Below, one piece after another: positions 21,901 to 31,300 of a stretch of 64,000 bases of DNA (position 1 is its first letter; every line of letters begins with the position of its first letter). The DNA comes from Oculina patagonica (lineage: Eukaryota), in NCBI RefSeq assembly GCF_052425735.1, contig NC_135768.1, positions 4,526,001 to 4,590,000 of the forward strand, in the 5' to 3' direction. The position numbers and the translations under genes are program-made. The notes under the pieces were generated by a model, which made no database searches, had not been told where the DNA came from, and worked only from the letters and a program-made list of their open reading frames with translations.

Positions 21901-24763
21901 TTGAATAATTGCATAACATAAAATGTTACCCGAACAGTTAAGACCGAAATCCTTGCAGAACACAAGATGCCACTTGAATATTTGCATGACACAAGATGTT
22001 ACTTAAATACTTGCATGACATGATACATGACTGAAATTCTTGCATTACACTACCTTCATGACTCAGATGAGAATGGAACAATTGCATGACAGAAAGCTTG
22101 CTCGTTCTTTCAATTCATTTCCGAATCTTTTTTTAATTGTAACCATCCATACACCTTCATGAATGAAGAGTATTTGTCTTGCATGTTTCTATGCTTCTGA
22201 GCTACCTAAGATCTGTAAAAAAAAAAAGTGTCGCTAAGTCATATGGCAGAGAATGTTTGTCGACGTATAATTTGGATTGTTTTGTTTTTATTTTTAGATC
22301 AATGCTCTTAAACGTGAGCACCGTGAGGCAATGATTGATCTCTTAAGAAGGCAGTTGAATGAACAGTTGGAAATGGCTGAGAAGCAACTTAATCCTGTAA
22401 GCTGTTTTTGTAATGCTCACTTTTTTCATTAATTATTTTAATTTTAAAGGCTCTTTCTACTCCAGTTTTCTTGTACCTTGTTTCTTATTTGTCATTCCAG
22501 CTTTAACTTTTAATTTGGTCACACTAGTTTAATTGTGACAATGAAGAACTATGAGATTATCACACATTCACTAGCCTCATTGTCAAGTGTCATATGCCTG
22601 CAGTGGTGCCAAAGTGCTGCAACTACATAGCTGTCTGCATGCAATGCAGTCTCTGAATCCATTGGCTGCCTTTGATGCTAATTATTTTGTTCTCCTTGAC
22701 TTTTGTTTAGAAACAAGAGGAGCTAGAGAGGGTGATGCAGCTGTCTCAGGAAGAAAAGATGAAATTGCTGGCAGATTTGCATGCTAAGTAAGTCTGTCAT
22801 TGGCTTACAGAACATTTTTGCATGGAACATTTTAAAAACGGTTTCCCTAAAACCAAAACAATAGTAAATGGTAAACCAATCAAAACTTGAAGCAGAGACA
22901 TGCAACTGGTGCTAAGCCCTAGAAAATGTGCAATTGGTGCAAAGTGAGGGAAAACGTGCAAGTGCTGCCAAGAGTGAGAAAATATGCAACCAGTGCCAAG
23001 TGTTGGAAAACACAACTGATGCCAAAAATCGGTGCCAAGTATGGGAAAACATGCAATTAGTGTCGGTTGTGGGAAAACATATAATTGGTGTAAAGTTAGG
23101 AAAAACGGGTAAGTGGTGCAAAAACCTGCAAGCAATGCCAAGTGTGCAAAAACATGCAACTGGTGGCAAACATGGAGAAACTCCTGCTTTTACCTTTTTT
23201 CCAGACAAATGAACGAAATGACTTGACTCTGACATTTACACTTAGAGATTTTGTTTCTCAATCAGACTTTGTCAGTTCGACAAGTTTTACTAATTCATTG
23301 ATGAAGGCTTAACCCTTTTACCTTTTTTTCCAGACAAATGAATGATTTAAGAAAGAGCCAGGACAACCAGAACAGAGAGGAGTTAAAAGTTTTAGCACGG
23401 TTCCATTCAAACAAAGATGAACTTCAAAGGTTTGCCATTGCCCCTTCATTACATTCGAGTAATACAAGTGCAAGCAAGTAGCCTAGGATGAAAACTAAAC
23501 TTTCTTGCCTTCTTCCGTCTGTTCTTTTCCATTCTGCCTTCCTTTGCTTGTTTATCCATTTCATGTTCTCTCTCCCTTTCCTCCCGTCGTGCCATCGTTT
23601 GGTTTTTCCTTTCTTTTGGTCTCCCCCACTCCCTCCCTTTTTGCCTCCTGCCTGCTGCATCCCTGTCTGCTTGTTTATCTGTTAGACCGTCTGTTCACCC
23701 ACCCACCAACCTGTTTTCCTTTCTTAATTTCTATTTTTTTCCTCTTCTTTCATTTTGTTTACCTTTTGTCCTTCATTTACTTTTCAGGAGAAAACGTGAG
23801 GAGAACAAAAAACACATAGAGCAATCTGTCAAAGAGAGGCAGAAGGTTTGTTAATGTTGCAGTGTACATTTTATTGATCTATTTTAAACTGTTACGAATC
23901 TCCTAAAGTTTTTTCCTAATGTTAAGACTTAACAATCATTTCATAGAGTTTAGAAAGTGGTTCTGTTGTTTCCCTTGCTTAAACCTTTATTCTGATTACG
24001 AGAATGGCCGTTTTACCTGTGACAAGTTCGTTTTATGCTATCTCGTTTGACCAACTGATCGACTTACTGTCTCTGTCTGTTGTCTTACCCAATGACTGAC
24101 TGACTGTCTTTCTGTCTTCCTAACTGACCCACTAACTGACTGACTTACTTACTTACTGTCTGCCCGTCTGTCTGACCGACTGACCCACCGACTGACAAAA
24201 ACACTATAACTGGGATCTTGTGCCAAAAACAAGCAAACTGTTATAAAAGGTGTAAGAATCTCTATATATTGAATATTTGTTGATTTTAGATGACCGAGTT
24301 CCACAAGAAAGAGAGTGAAGAGTTGGAAAGGGACCATGAAAAACTTTACGAGTTACTCGAAGAGGACAAAAAAAAGGTGCACTTGAATTTCATTATTTAA
24401 GGAGCTGATCTGTTGGCACTTGACAATTGACCTCAAACCAAATCCTGGGTACCTTGTGTTTGGTTTAGGGGCAATGAGAGGGCTGCATTTCAGTCTATCA
24501 GACCTATATTTGAAGTATGTTTTTATTATAGTATATTATTGTATTAAGTCAGAAGCAAAAAAAAATCTATTTTGTGGTCTATGTACAGCAGGTTTCAATG
24601 TATGCCTGAGCGTTAAAATAATCCAACACTGACTCTGTGGCTCCTATTCCAGAGTTTAAAAGATCTCCGAACCCTACACGAAACGAAACTGAAGCATTTG
24701 TCCGTGTGCGAACTGGAACTCACTTACGCCTCGCTGTTTGGAGACAAGGTTACCAAGCTGTAG
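836..24763 (+). CDS. PLCB: Phosphoinositide phospholipase C-beta (5'-incomplete; 28 coding exons in window)
   Basis: GT-AG exons join in frame. X box ([33 protein letters not shown]), Y box ([38 protein letters not shown]), C2 ([20 protein letters not shown]), ALCDPI Galpha-q contact helix and Lys/Glu-rich coiled-coil CTD are diagnostic of the beta class. Confidence 0.97.
1022..1368 (+). mobile_element. tRNA-derived SINE (CORE-like centre) interrupted by a palindromic MITE at ~1087-1227
   Basis: A box tggcctagtggttag; ttaggcaagacactt core; the insert agcctgttccagg..cctggaacaggct is flanked by duplicated tttgagccct. Confidence 0.8.
1369..1500 (-). mobile_element. 3' end of a 5'-truncated non-LTR retrotransposon (CR1/L2-like tail)
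   Basis: On the minus strand, AATAAA is followed by a (TTGA)n tail. Confidence 0.45.
1552..2990 (+). mobile_element. Non-autonomous pogo/Tigger-type DNA transposon with transposase N-terminal remnant
   Basis: TA-flanked TIRs cc(a/g)tattcgcacgtgtataggccgcac; decayed HTH-like [21 protein letters not shown] at ~1967-2035. Confidence 0.8.
3097..3176 (+). CDS. PLCB: PLC-beta exon, X box ([26 protein letters not shown])
   Basis: acag| and |gttaga; conserved LSFENHC. Confidence 0.95.
3310..3394 (+). CDS. PLCB: PLC-beta exon, X box ([29 protein letters not shown])
   Basis: tcag| and |gtaagt; phase-compatible. Confidence 0.95.
3608..3698 (+). CDS. PLCB: PLC-beta exon, end of X box ([23 protein letters not shown]...)
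   Basis: acag| and |gtaccc; conserved LP.P..L..KI.IKNKK. Confidence 0.93.
4009..4823. mobile_element. Non-autonomous pogo/Tigger-type DNA transposon
   Basis: TA+CCGTAAA termini; subterminal gataagcc(g/a)cac repeats. Confidence 0.75.
5070..5200 (+). CDS. PLCB: PLC-beta exon, X-Y linker
   Basis: tttag| and |gtgagt; open frame, phases fit both neighbours. Confidence 0.85.
5290..5835. repeat. Degenerate tandem repeat (ttgatcaaacattgaattaacattggtcaatca-like)
   Basis: Many diverged copies of the same motif. Confidence 0.75.
5878..5971 (+). CDS. PLCB: PLC-beta exon, start of Y box ([17 protein letters not shown])
   Basis: tcag| and |gtgagt. Confidence 0.93.
6024..6325 (+). mobile_element. tRNA-derived SINE
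   Basis: Same family as the copies at 1022, 7577, 13155 and 28128. Confidence 0.85.
6360..6444 (+). CDS. PLCB: PLC-beta exon, Y box ([28 protein letters not shown])
   Basis: acag| acceptor; followed by U12-type donor GTATCCTTT. Confidence 0.93.
6445..7435 (+). other. U12-type (minor spliceosome) GT-AG intron of PLC-beta
   Basis: 5' site GTATCCTTTT; branch site TTCTTAAC (7419-7426) ~10 nt before the AG; no polypyrimidine tract; splicing restores EFVNYNKRQ. Confidence 0.92.
6843..7189 (+). mobile_element. Short element with internal tRNA-like module and ~88-bp terminal direct repeat
   Basis: 6843-6930 is repeated at 7098-7189; A box tagctcaatgg and B box ggttcgact at ~7031-7102. Confidence 0.7.
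7436..7508 (+). CDS. PLCB: PLC-beta exon, Y box ([24 protein letters not shown])
   Basis: ctag| and |gtaaga; hallmark RIYPKG motif. Confidence 0.95.
7577..7878 (+). mobile_element. tRNA-derived SINE
   Basis: A/B boxes, CORE-like centre, ctttaccta tail. Confidence 0.85.
7971..8022 (+). CDS. PLCB: PLC-beta exon, Y box ([17 protein letters not shown])
   Basis: atag| and |gtaagt. Confidence 0.95.
8194..8245 (+). CDS. PLCB: PLC-beta exon, Y box ([18 protein letters not shown])
   Basis: gtag| and |gtaagt. Confidence 0.95.
8924..9026 (+). CDS. PLCB: PLC-beta exon, Y box end/C2 start ([34 protein letters not shown])
   Basis: gcag| and |gtgtgt. Confidence 0.95.
9491..9647. mobile_element. Palindromic MITE
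   Basis: atgcctgattccctctat / atagagggaattgggcat inverted arms. Confidence 0.7.
9969..10133 (+). CDS. PLCB: PLC-beta exon, C2 domain
   Basis: tcag| and |gtaagt; [27 protein letters not shown]...FVFKK. Confidence 0.96.
10451..10550 (+). CDS. PLCB: PLC-beta exon, C2 domain
   Basis: taag| and |gtgagt; [27 protein letters not shown]. Confidence 0.96.
10948..11052 (+). CDS. PLCB: PLC-beta exon, C2 end ([31 protein letters not shown])
   Basis: gcag| and |gtttgt. Confidence 0.95.
11726..11823 (+). CDS. PLCB: PLC-beta exon, proximal CTD ([22 protein letters not shown])
   Basis: acag| and |gtagga; ALxxPI Galpha-q-binding motif. Confidence 0.93.
12667..13114. mobile_element. TTAA-flanked non-autonomous DNA transposon (Kolobok-like)
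   Basis: ttaagg(t/c)cattgccctg TIRs; truncates a degenerate SINE. Confidence 0.7.
13155..13450 (+). mobile_element. tRNA-derived SINE
   Basis: Full-length family member. Confidence 0.85.
13551..13692 (+). CDS. PLCB: PLC-beta exon, CTD linker
   Basis: ttcag| and |gttagt; open frame. Confidence 0.85.
13936..14145. mobile_element. TA-flanked Tc1/mariner-type MITE nested in another repeat
   Basis: Perfect TIR taccttattgttacttattttcgcg. Confidence 0.85.
14336..14547. mobile_element. hAT-like MITE
   Basis: caggg..taggcagg / cctgccta..ccctg termini; a similar element is at 29127-29307. Confidence 0.55.
14638..14937 (+). CDS. PLCB: PLC-beta exon, CTD linker (300 nt, phase 1-1, possible cassette exon)
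   Basis: tacag| and |gtaagt; 100 open codons in the correct phase. Confidence 0.8.
18827..18873 (+). CDS. PLCB: PLC-beta exon, distal CTD start ([16 protein letters not shown])
   Basis: ttcag| and |gtcagt. Confidence 0.85.
19106..19171 (+). CDS. PLCB: PLC-beta exon, distal CTD ([22 protein letters not shown])
   Basis: ttag| and |gtaaaa; KHxKE..L.KKH-like motif. Confidence 0.9.
19333..19457 (+). CDS. PLCB: PLC-beta exon, distal CTD coiled coil
   Basis: tcag| and |gtatgc; Lys/Glu rich. Confidence 0.88.
19554..19623 (+). CDS. PLCB: PLC-beta exon, distal CTD
   Basis: gtag| and |gtatgt; phase-compatible. Confidence 0.85.
20757..20789 (+). CDS. PLCB: Possible 33-nt PLC-beta micro-exon ([11 protein letters not shown]), phase 0-0
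   Basis: pyrimidine tract + gtag| and |gtatgt; frame-preserving, so not required. Confidence 0.45.
21830..22090. repeat. Degenerate tandem repeat (acttgcatgacacaagat)
   Basis: Recurring ttgcatgaca motif. Confidence 0.65.
22298..22396 (+). CDS. PLCB: PLC-beta exon, distal CTD
   Basis: tttag| and |gtaagc; [20 protein letters not shown]. Confidence 0.87.
22711..22787 (+). CDS. PLCB: PLC-beta exon, distal CTD
   Basis: tttag| and |gtaagt; [20 protein letters not shown]. Confidence 0.87.
22895..23180. repeat. ~28-bp minisatellite (gggaaaacatgcaactggtgccaa-like)
   Basis: About 10 diverged tandem units. Confidence 0.8.
23334..23429 (+). CDS. PLCB: PLC-beta exon, distal CTD
   Basis: ccag| and |gtttgc; [16 protein letters not shown]...NKDELQR. 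Confidence 0.88.
23788..23845 (+). CDS. PLCB: PLC-beta exon, distal CTD ([20 protein letters not shown])
   Basis: ttcag| and |gtttgt. Confidence 0.9.
24290..24376 (+). CDS. PLCB: PLC-beta exon, distal CTD
   Basis: tttag| and |gtgcac; [19 protein letters not shown]. Confidence 0.86.
24653..24763 (+). CDS. PLCB: PLC-beta terminal coding exon ending ...GDKVTKL-stop (class I PDZ ligand)
   Basis: ttccag| acceptor, phase 0, 36 codons + TAG; C-terminal T-x-L as in other PLC-betas. Confidence 0.82.
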   Translation, partial: SLKDLRTLHETKLKHLSVCELELTYASLFGDKVTKL

Positions 24764-27700
24764 TTTTGGAGACAAGGTTACCGAGCGGTATTTCTGTAAG
24801 CGGGTTACCAAGCTTTAGGCAACGAGACAAGGTTATGAAACTGTCGAAGTCGAAGCTCAATGTTATGTAGTACTGGATCGTTCAAAGCTTAGTCAAAATG
24901 GTAGGGGGATTTTTCGGTGGAAATACCGTTAGGAAATCTATCAAGAATGTCTTCCATTTTGTGCCAAGATAAGTAATGATCACGGAGGGGGTGGGTGGGT
25001 AGTAGCTTAGTTAAGTTAAATATTAAACCACCGAGGGGTTTCTCAGTCATGTGAGAGACAAGTCTTAAGTACAATATCATCCAAGCAGCTTTCCGACATC
25101 ACAGTAGTTCATAATCCTATCGCAACTGATGTGATGTTGTTAAGAAGCGTTTATTTAAAATACAATTCTTTTCTAGGGGATATTAGCTCCAGGGGGGTAG
25201 GCTTGGTATTAAAATGAATGATTTTCTTTCAACCACTCCGTGAAAAATATATATTAACAATTCATAAGGTGGACATAAGCTGTGTGTAATTATACTAGTA
25301 CTCGGTGTAATTATTACAATTCCTTTTCGTTGGAGTCGTGATTTATTTATTCGTATTGATATTTATTGTCGAGTGCCTTTGCGGGCGATAAAATAATGTA
25401 AAAAATATATTATATAACAGTCAGTAACAAAGATTAATGTTTGTGTGCACATCAGGGCCCGATTGTTCAAAGTACAATTAGGCTAATGCAGGATTAGAGT
25501 GAATTTTGATTTCATTTTTCTTACTTTTTAATGCAGTTTACGTTTTCTAGCTCTTTAGTTTTCCTATGACTAAAAAAATTCCATTGAAAAAAAAAACATA
25601 TACAATGAGAAAACCGCTTTGATTGTGGGTAAGCGGTAATTGACTTTTGAACGAGTGGGCCCAGGGCATAGAAAAAAGCCCGTGAGTTGGTAAAGACATT
25701 GTGATAATCAGGCACTTTCACCTGTTTGTGTTATGTATAATTTATATGTTGGAGGGAAGTTGTTTCGCTTTATTGTCCTCGTTGTCATTTCGAAACTTGA
25801 ATAGCTGCATGATGTTTGTTTCGTTTTTCCACGCTTTGTGTGCAAAGGTGTTTTTCCGCGATAATGTGGCGTATCCGTCATTTTTTTTTTTTGCGCCATA
25901 ATAGGCTACATCGTTTATTTCTTTTACGCGCCATGCTGTCTCTTCTTTTTTCGCGCCACAAAGTGTTGCATCCGTCACTTTATTTTCGCGCCATAATATG
26001 CGCACGTCCGCATTCGTCAAAACTTTCCCTCCATGTGCCACGTTCGTCACAGTTTCTCTCACCACAACGTGTCGCTATAATAGTCTAAAATAGCTATGCA
26101 ATTCTTTCCCGTGGGGTTCGGAAATATCCAACGCACAATTTCTATTCAGATTCGTATTAAACCTTGCGTGAAAGATTGTTTATGCAGTGTGACATTAAGG
26201 CACTCGCGGAATATTTCATGATACTCCACTGGAACTTATTGCATAACAGTACATATGGTATTTATCTGCCCGGCCATGCTGTGTACATTATTTATTGTTA
26301 TCAATGTTAAATGTTAAGGGCACCTAAACAAACCTGTTGTGCTTCGGTGATATATGGGAAAAGGCACAGTTAATACGTTTTAGGAATTTCCATTGCCTTA
26401 ATGCAGTATTGTTCGCTTTCAAATTGAAATTTGCTTATACAGATACAGTAATGTCAACATTAACCATTATCAACAGACCATCCAAAGAGTGACTGCACTC
26501 TTGAACAGTTCGCTAAATTGTTTATTAGTAATAGCGGCCAATGTAGGCATGTTTACAATTGTGATAGTTTCAAAGATAGTTATCATTAGATAGAGTTCTC
26601 CGTTTCCAATCACAGGCAACCCAAGGTCAGTTGTATTATAGCTTGGGCTGCCTGTGTTTCCAATTTGGACGTAAGTGTCCACGGTCGTGCACAATATTAG
26701 CACAGGATCATTGTAAATAATTCGGGGTGACAATTGTCATTGTAAATTGTTGCTGTTACACACCCCCATGAATTGGGTGCAGATGTACCTTAGGTTCTAT
26801 TTTATATTCAGGTAGTTTTTGTTTCACAGCAAGTAACATGTTATAGTTCAGGTTTTTAATGAAGTGTTGTGCGTGCACAGGAATCCCATGCTGACTACTT
26901 GTGTAGGTGTCCTGTGGCTTAAGAAGGGCACTTAAAAGCCTGGTGCTGTTGTAGTCAGAAACTCATGACTGATCGTGCGATTTCGATCAGAAATTCTTTG
27001 TGGTCGCCTCGTGCCAGTAGTCTAAGAAACGTTTTTTAGTCTTAATTGGTAAAAACGTGCTTGCTTTCCCCTCTTAGCCACTCACTGAAGCGCTTATGGA
27101 AAGCCAGTTGAAAACGCACATTAGCGCACATTATATAGGAACATATCGCAGCTCTGACGTCCCACAGGTCAGCATTAGTTCTCGTTTTTTGTAGGCGTTA
27201 CATTGATCGTCACGCATGGAGATGCTGCGTGACGACAAAGAGAACGACTACAGAAGAGCTGACTCGTTTGTTCGAGAAAACCTTCAAACCTTTTTGAAGA
27301 CTTAACTTCAGCGGGTTAAGAGTATACAATATCAAACATTGCTACCATTAGAAACACAAGCGAAAAACATTTCAAAGTCTTCATTTTAGCTTCCAAATGC
27401 AGTTGGCGTCTGCAGCGTGAGTCCTTAATCTTCATTTTACTAGAATCCCTTGTTATCATTATCGTTTGTTTGCAAGAATATTATTTGAAGAAAACATTAG
27501 TGGAGAAAAGGAAACAATTTATTTACAGAGTCCCAAAGGCAGAGTGCGTTTGCCACTGTCGGGAATTCGCAATACGGTGCATGAGTTGTACTGTTTATTT
27601 ATTTCAATTCAAGGGCCCATTCCAATTTTGTACAAACTTGGAATAAAATAATTTATTCAGCTCATTTTGATCAGTGTGGTGATTTGTAATTGCGATAAAG

Positions 27701-28127
27701 CAAATGAGCTTTCAGTGGAGACCTCGCTCGCAGCTCGGGTGTTTGATTGAAACCGAGAGGGGTGGAGTGGGGACTTTATATGGCACTGCACTGTTGAAGT
27801 TATTGATTGTTGCTGTTTTGGTACGCTTAGGGACTGTTCCATTTCAACTTTCCACAGTTGCTTCTTATTATGGTACCAAGTGCAGTAAAGTTTCCAAGTA
27901 AGGCACAAGTAAACCGGAACCAGTTGTCTTTTTGTGTGGCTTACACAAAGTGTAATAAGTGTCCTATTCTCTAAAACCCGTTGTACTCCCATGTTTAAGT
28001 CTCACTGAAAGTCATTACAGCCTATTTATTAGCACGTTTTAAACTGAAATTCAAATTTTTCTTTATTTTATTTCGTTGATTTTTTTAACTTTTTTTTTTT
28101 CAATTTTATCCAATTACAAGTATAACT

Positions 28128-28390
28128 GGTGGCCTAATGGTTAGTGCGCTTAACTCCAGATAAAGCGGTCCGGATTCCAGCTCTGGCCTAGGTAATTGTG
28201 TGTTCTTGGGCAAGACACTATTTTTCATAGTGCCTCCCTCCACCCAGGTGTTTAAATGGGTACCGGCGGGGGTAACCCTGCGATGGACTAGCATCCCATC
28301 CAAGAGGGAGTAGAAATACTCTTGGTCGCTTCATTCTACTGAAACCAGGATAAATGCCGGTCTGATGGGCCATTAGCCTCGAACGCAGCC
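28128..28390 (+). mobile_element. tRNA-derived SINE with 14-bp target-site duplication
   Basis: TTACAAGTATAACT at 28114-28127 and 28391-28404. Confidence 0.9.
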
Positions 28391-31300
28391 TTACAAGTAT
28401 AACTTGTAAGTCATACATGTATTCATTGCGAACCTATTTTGTCTTGAATTGGGCGCACAGTCCAGTGTCGCCCGTCAATAAGAAACTCTACTAAGAGGGG
28501 TGGGGGGGGGGGACAAGACGAACCCTGTATAAGTAGGTTTTGGTCCCGTTTAGAGGTGTTCTTCAAATCTTTGGCGAGCATCACCGTCATTCTTATAAGG
28601 AAGTTCCGTTAGGGATTGAAGTCCCCCTTTCCTTCAAGCCCCTCTTTGAACTTTGAACTATAACCTTTCATTCTAATTGGAAAAATTGGTTAACCCTCTA
28701 AAATACCACTGCCAAGTTTAATAAATGTTAATAATATTTCGATGTTAGCCTGCGTAGCAGGCGCCGTAGTTTCGAGCGTGCGTATGGGAAACGCGAAAGG
28801 CGCGAGGGGGCCTTCTCGCGATTTCGATGTATGATATACCATTTGAAAGGCCATTGTGTATTTTATATATCACAGCAAAAAAGGATAAGTTTACAACGTG
28901 CGTTCCTATAAAAACACCTGAACATTTCAGGCGCAAAATCCCTTCTTATAATTCGCGCAATGTATACACAACCAGTTTTGACGTGAAATACCTTCTGATA
29001 GTAACATGAGAACTTTCTGATATTTTGATGGCAAATATTTGATTTTGCTTACAAAAACAGCCCCCCAAAAAATAATATTCAGGCAAATTAGCATTAAAAT
29101 AGAAATTTACCGGGTACTGACAGTTGCAGGGCCATACCTAGCGGGGGCAGGGGGGCGGGGGGTGGGGGGGGTAGTTGCCCCCGCCAGTAAAACAAAAAAA
29201 AACACTAAGAAAACTTCAGAAAAAAAAGAAAAACTAAACTAAAAAAGTAGTTGCCCCCGCCAGGAAAACTTGCCCCCGCAGACAAAAAAATCCTAGGTAC
29301 GGCCCTGAGTTGTAGCCGACCTTGAAGCCAAAAGAATTTCATTTGAATTGCTGATTTATAATTGAATTAATATTCAATTATTCATCTTTTGACATCACCT
29401 ACACACGAGGAACGAAGACCAGGCGAACGGTTCGAGAACGGTGCTGAAGGTGAACTTAACTTTAACTAATCGAGCGAAATACCCTGGTAAGTCAACGTTA
29501 GTTCCGAACATAGTTTTCAAAGTAGATGTCATTTGTTATGAAGCTTGAATAAAAGCATGGAGTTATTCCCTTACAGAAACATAACTTGGAACAGTGGTCA
29601 CCAGCGCGCAAGGGACGTCCAGTGTCGAAGAATTTCTGGATTTATTTCGTTTATGGTCTTCCTGAGAGGTAATCAATCTATGTTTTGTTTGTTCTTTAGC
29701 TGCTCTCGAAACAATTACTTAACTGAAATTTATTTCAAAGAAGTTCATGTCAAAAGCTGATATTCGAGGAACCGTAAATTACAGTAACAAATAGACTCCA
29801 AACTAATAACGGATGAACCATCATGTGTTGTAAGCGATGAATGAAGATGAACAAGCAATTGGAATTTCCTACGCTTTCCTACTCATTGGAGAAATATAGT
29901 TGATATCTTTGAGGAAACTTGCATTCCACGAAGTCCTGATGTAGCAAGCTCTAGTTATGTCAGTCAGATCTAACCGTCACACTTTTTTTGTATTAGGATT
30001 CTCATGATGTCACGGTTCTTGTGATTGACACGGACAGACAGACAGACAGTAGGATGATGGTATCCTTCAAATCACAGGTTAGTGTTATTGTTAATTTAAA
30101 ATAAAGAAATACAGAGCCTTTTCACTGAATTAAAAATGCTCTCGCCTTTTGTTGCTTCACAACCATGTGAAACAAGCTTAATTTATTTCTGTTATTCAAA
30201 AGCGCTTTCCACAACTGATTGTGAGGTTAATCGAAGAAAAACTAAGGACAAAAGAATTGGATACTCGATGTTGCTTTTTTTAACCAAAAAAAAATTCCGT
30301 AGGAAGGCAACCTTCGATTTTTTCCAAACTACACCTCAATTACAACAAATGACCATAGTTGTTTTCAGCTTGTTTCTAAGCAACTAAGGTTGCAATTTCT
30401 TTCTCAAAACGAGGAATATGGTGGCGGAAACCTACACAATTAGGTGTGATTTTGCAATGCAATCACCATGTAAAGTGCAACCATATCACTTTTCAGTTTT
30501 TAGCCGACCATTTATGGAGAGATCTGCTAGAACGTTTCAGAAACATCCACGGCCATTGACTGTACAATATTGTTTCAAGGTACCTCAGGAGCGCAGTCTT
30601 CAGAATAAAAGTCGTAGCCATCTACAGAGCTACTGGTACTTTTTTCTTGCCGAAAATATTTGCCATCATCAAAGATGTTTACATCTTTCAACTCATGAAA
30701 AGATAATGTGGAAAAACCCAAAAAAAACCTCCGCTGACCAAAACCAACTTAGAGTCTGAAATATATATTTCAAATGGATACAAAATTCAGTCTTACACAT
30801 TTCCAGAAAATCTGCCTCATTTAAAAACAAAAGGAAATCACTATTATTTGTAACTATGACAATCTCTGTTGCTTAGTAACCAATGCAAAAAACTGTGGCC
30901 ATTTGAGACCATAAAGGTGTAGTTTAGCAAAAATCAAAGGTTGTCTTCTAACCGAATTTTTTTTTATTTTTCATTCGCTTTTTAATAACTGAGCTCTAAA
31001 AAATTGTGTTGACAAAAGTTATACAGTCTGTAGCACGCAAAATAACGGCTTGGCAAGGTTGAAACATGCTTAGTTCCTTGCCCCCGGGTGGGGGATAGGG
31101 CCGGAGGTTGAAACATACCATGAGATTAAAAATTAAATGTACTTTTAATAGAGCACGGATAAAAATGAGGGCAAAAACACAATGTGATGCTTGGAGGAAT
31201 ATTTTGCATCTCCACAAAGCCAAAGAATACATGTTTTAATGTCCTCTCGCCTTGCATCGTCAGTGGAAAATTAATTTGCATTAACATCTGTGCGTTTATT

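Noticed and set aside
24589-24609. Alternative PLC-beta last exon (QVSMYA*)
   Set aside because: Weaker acceptor context. The 24653 exon gives a helical tail with a canonical PDZ ligand.
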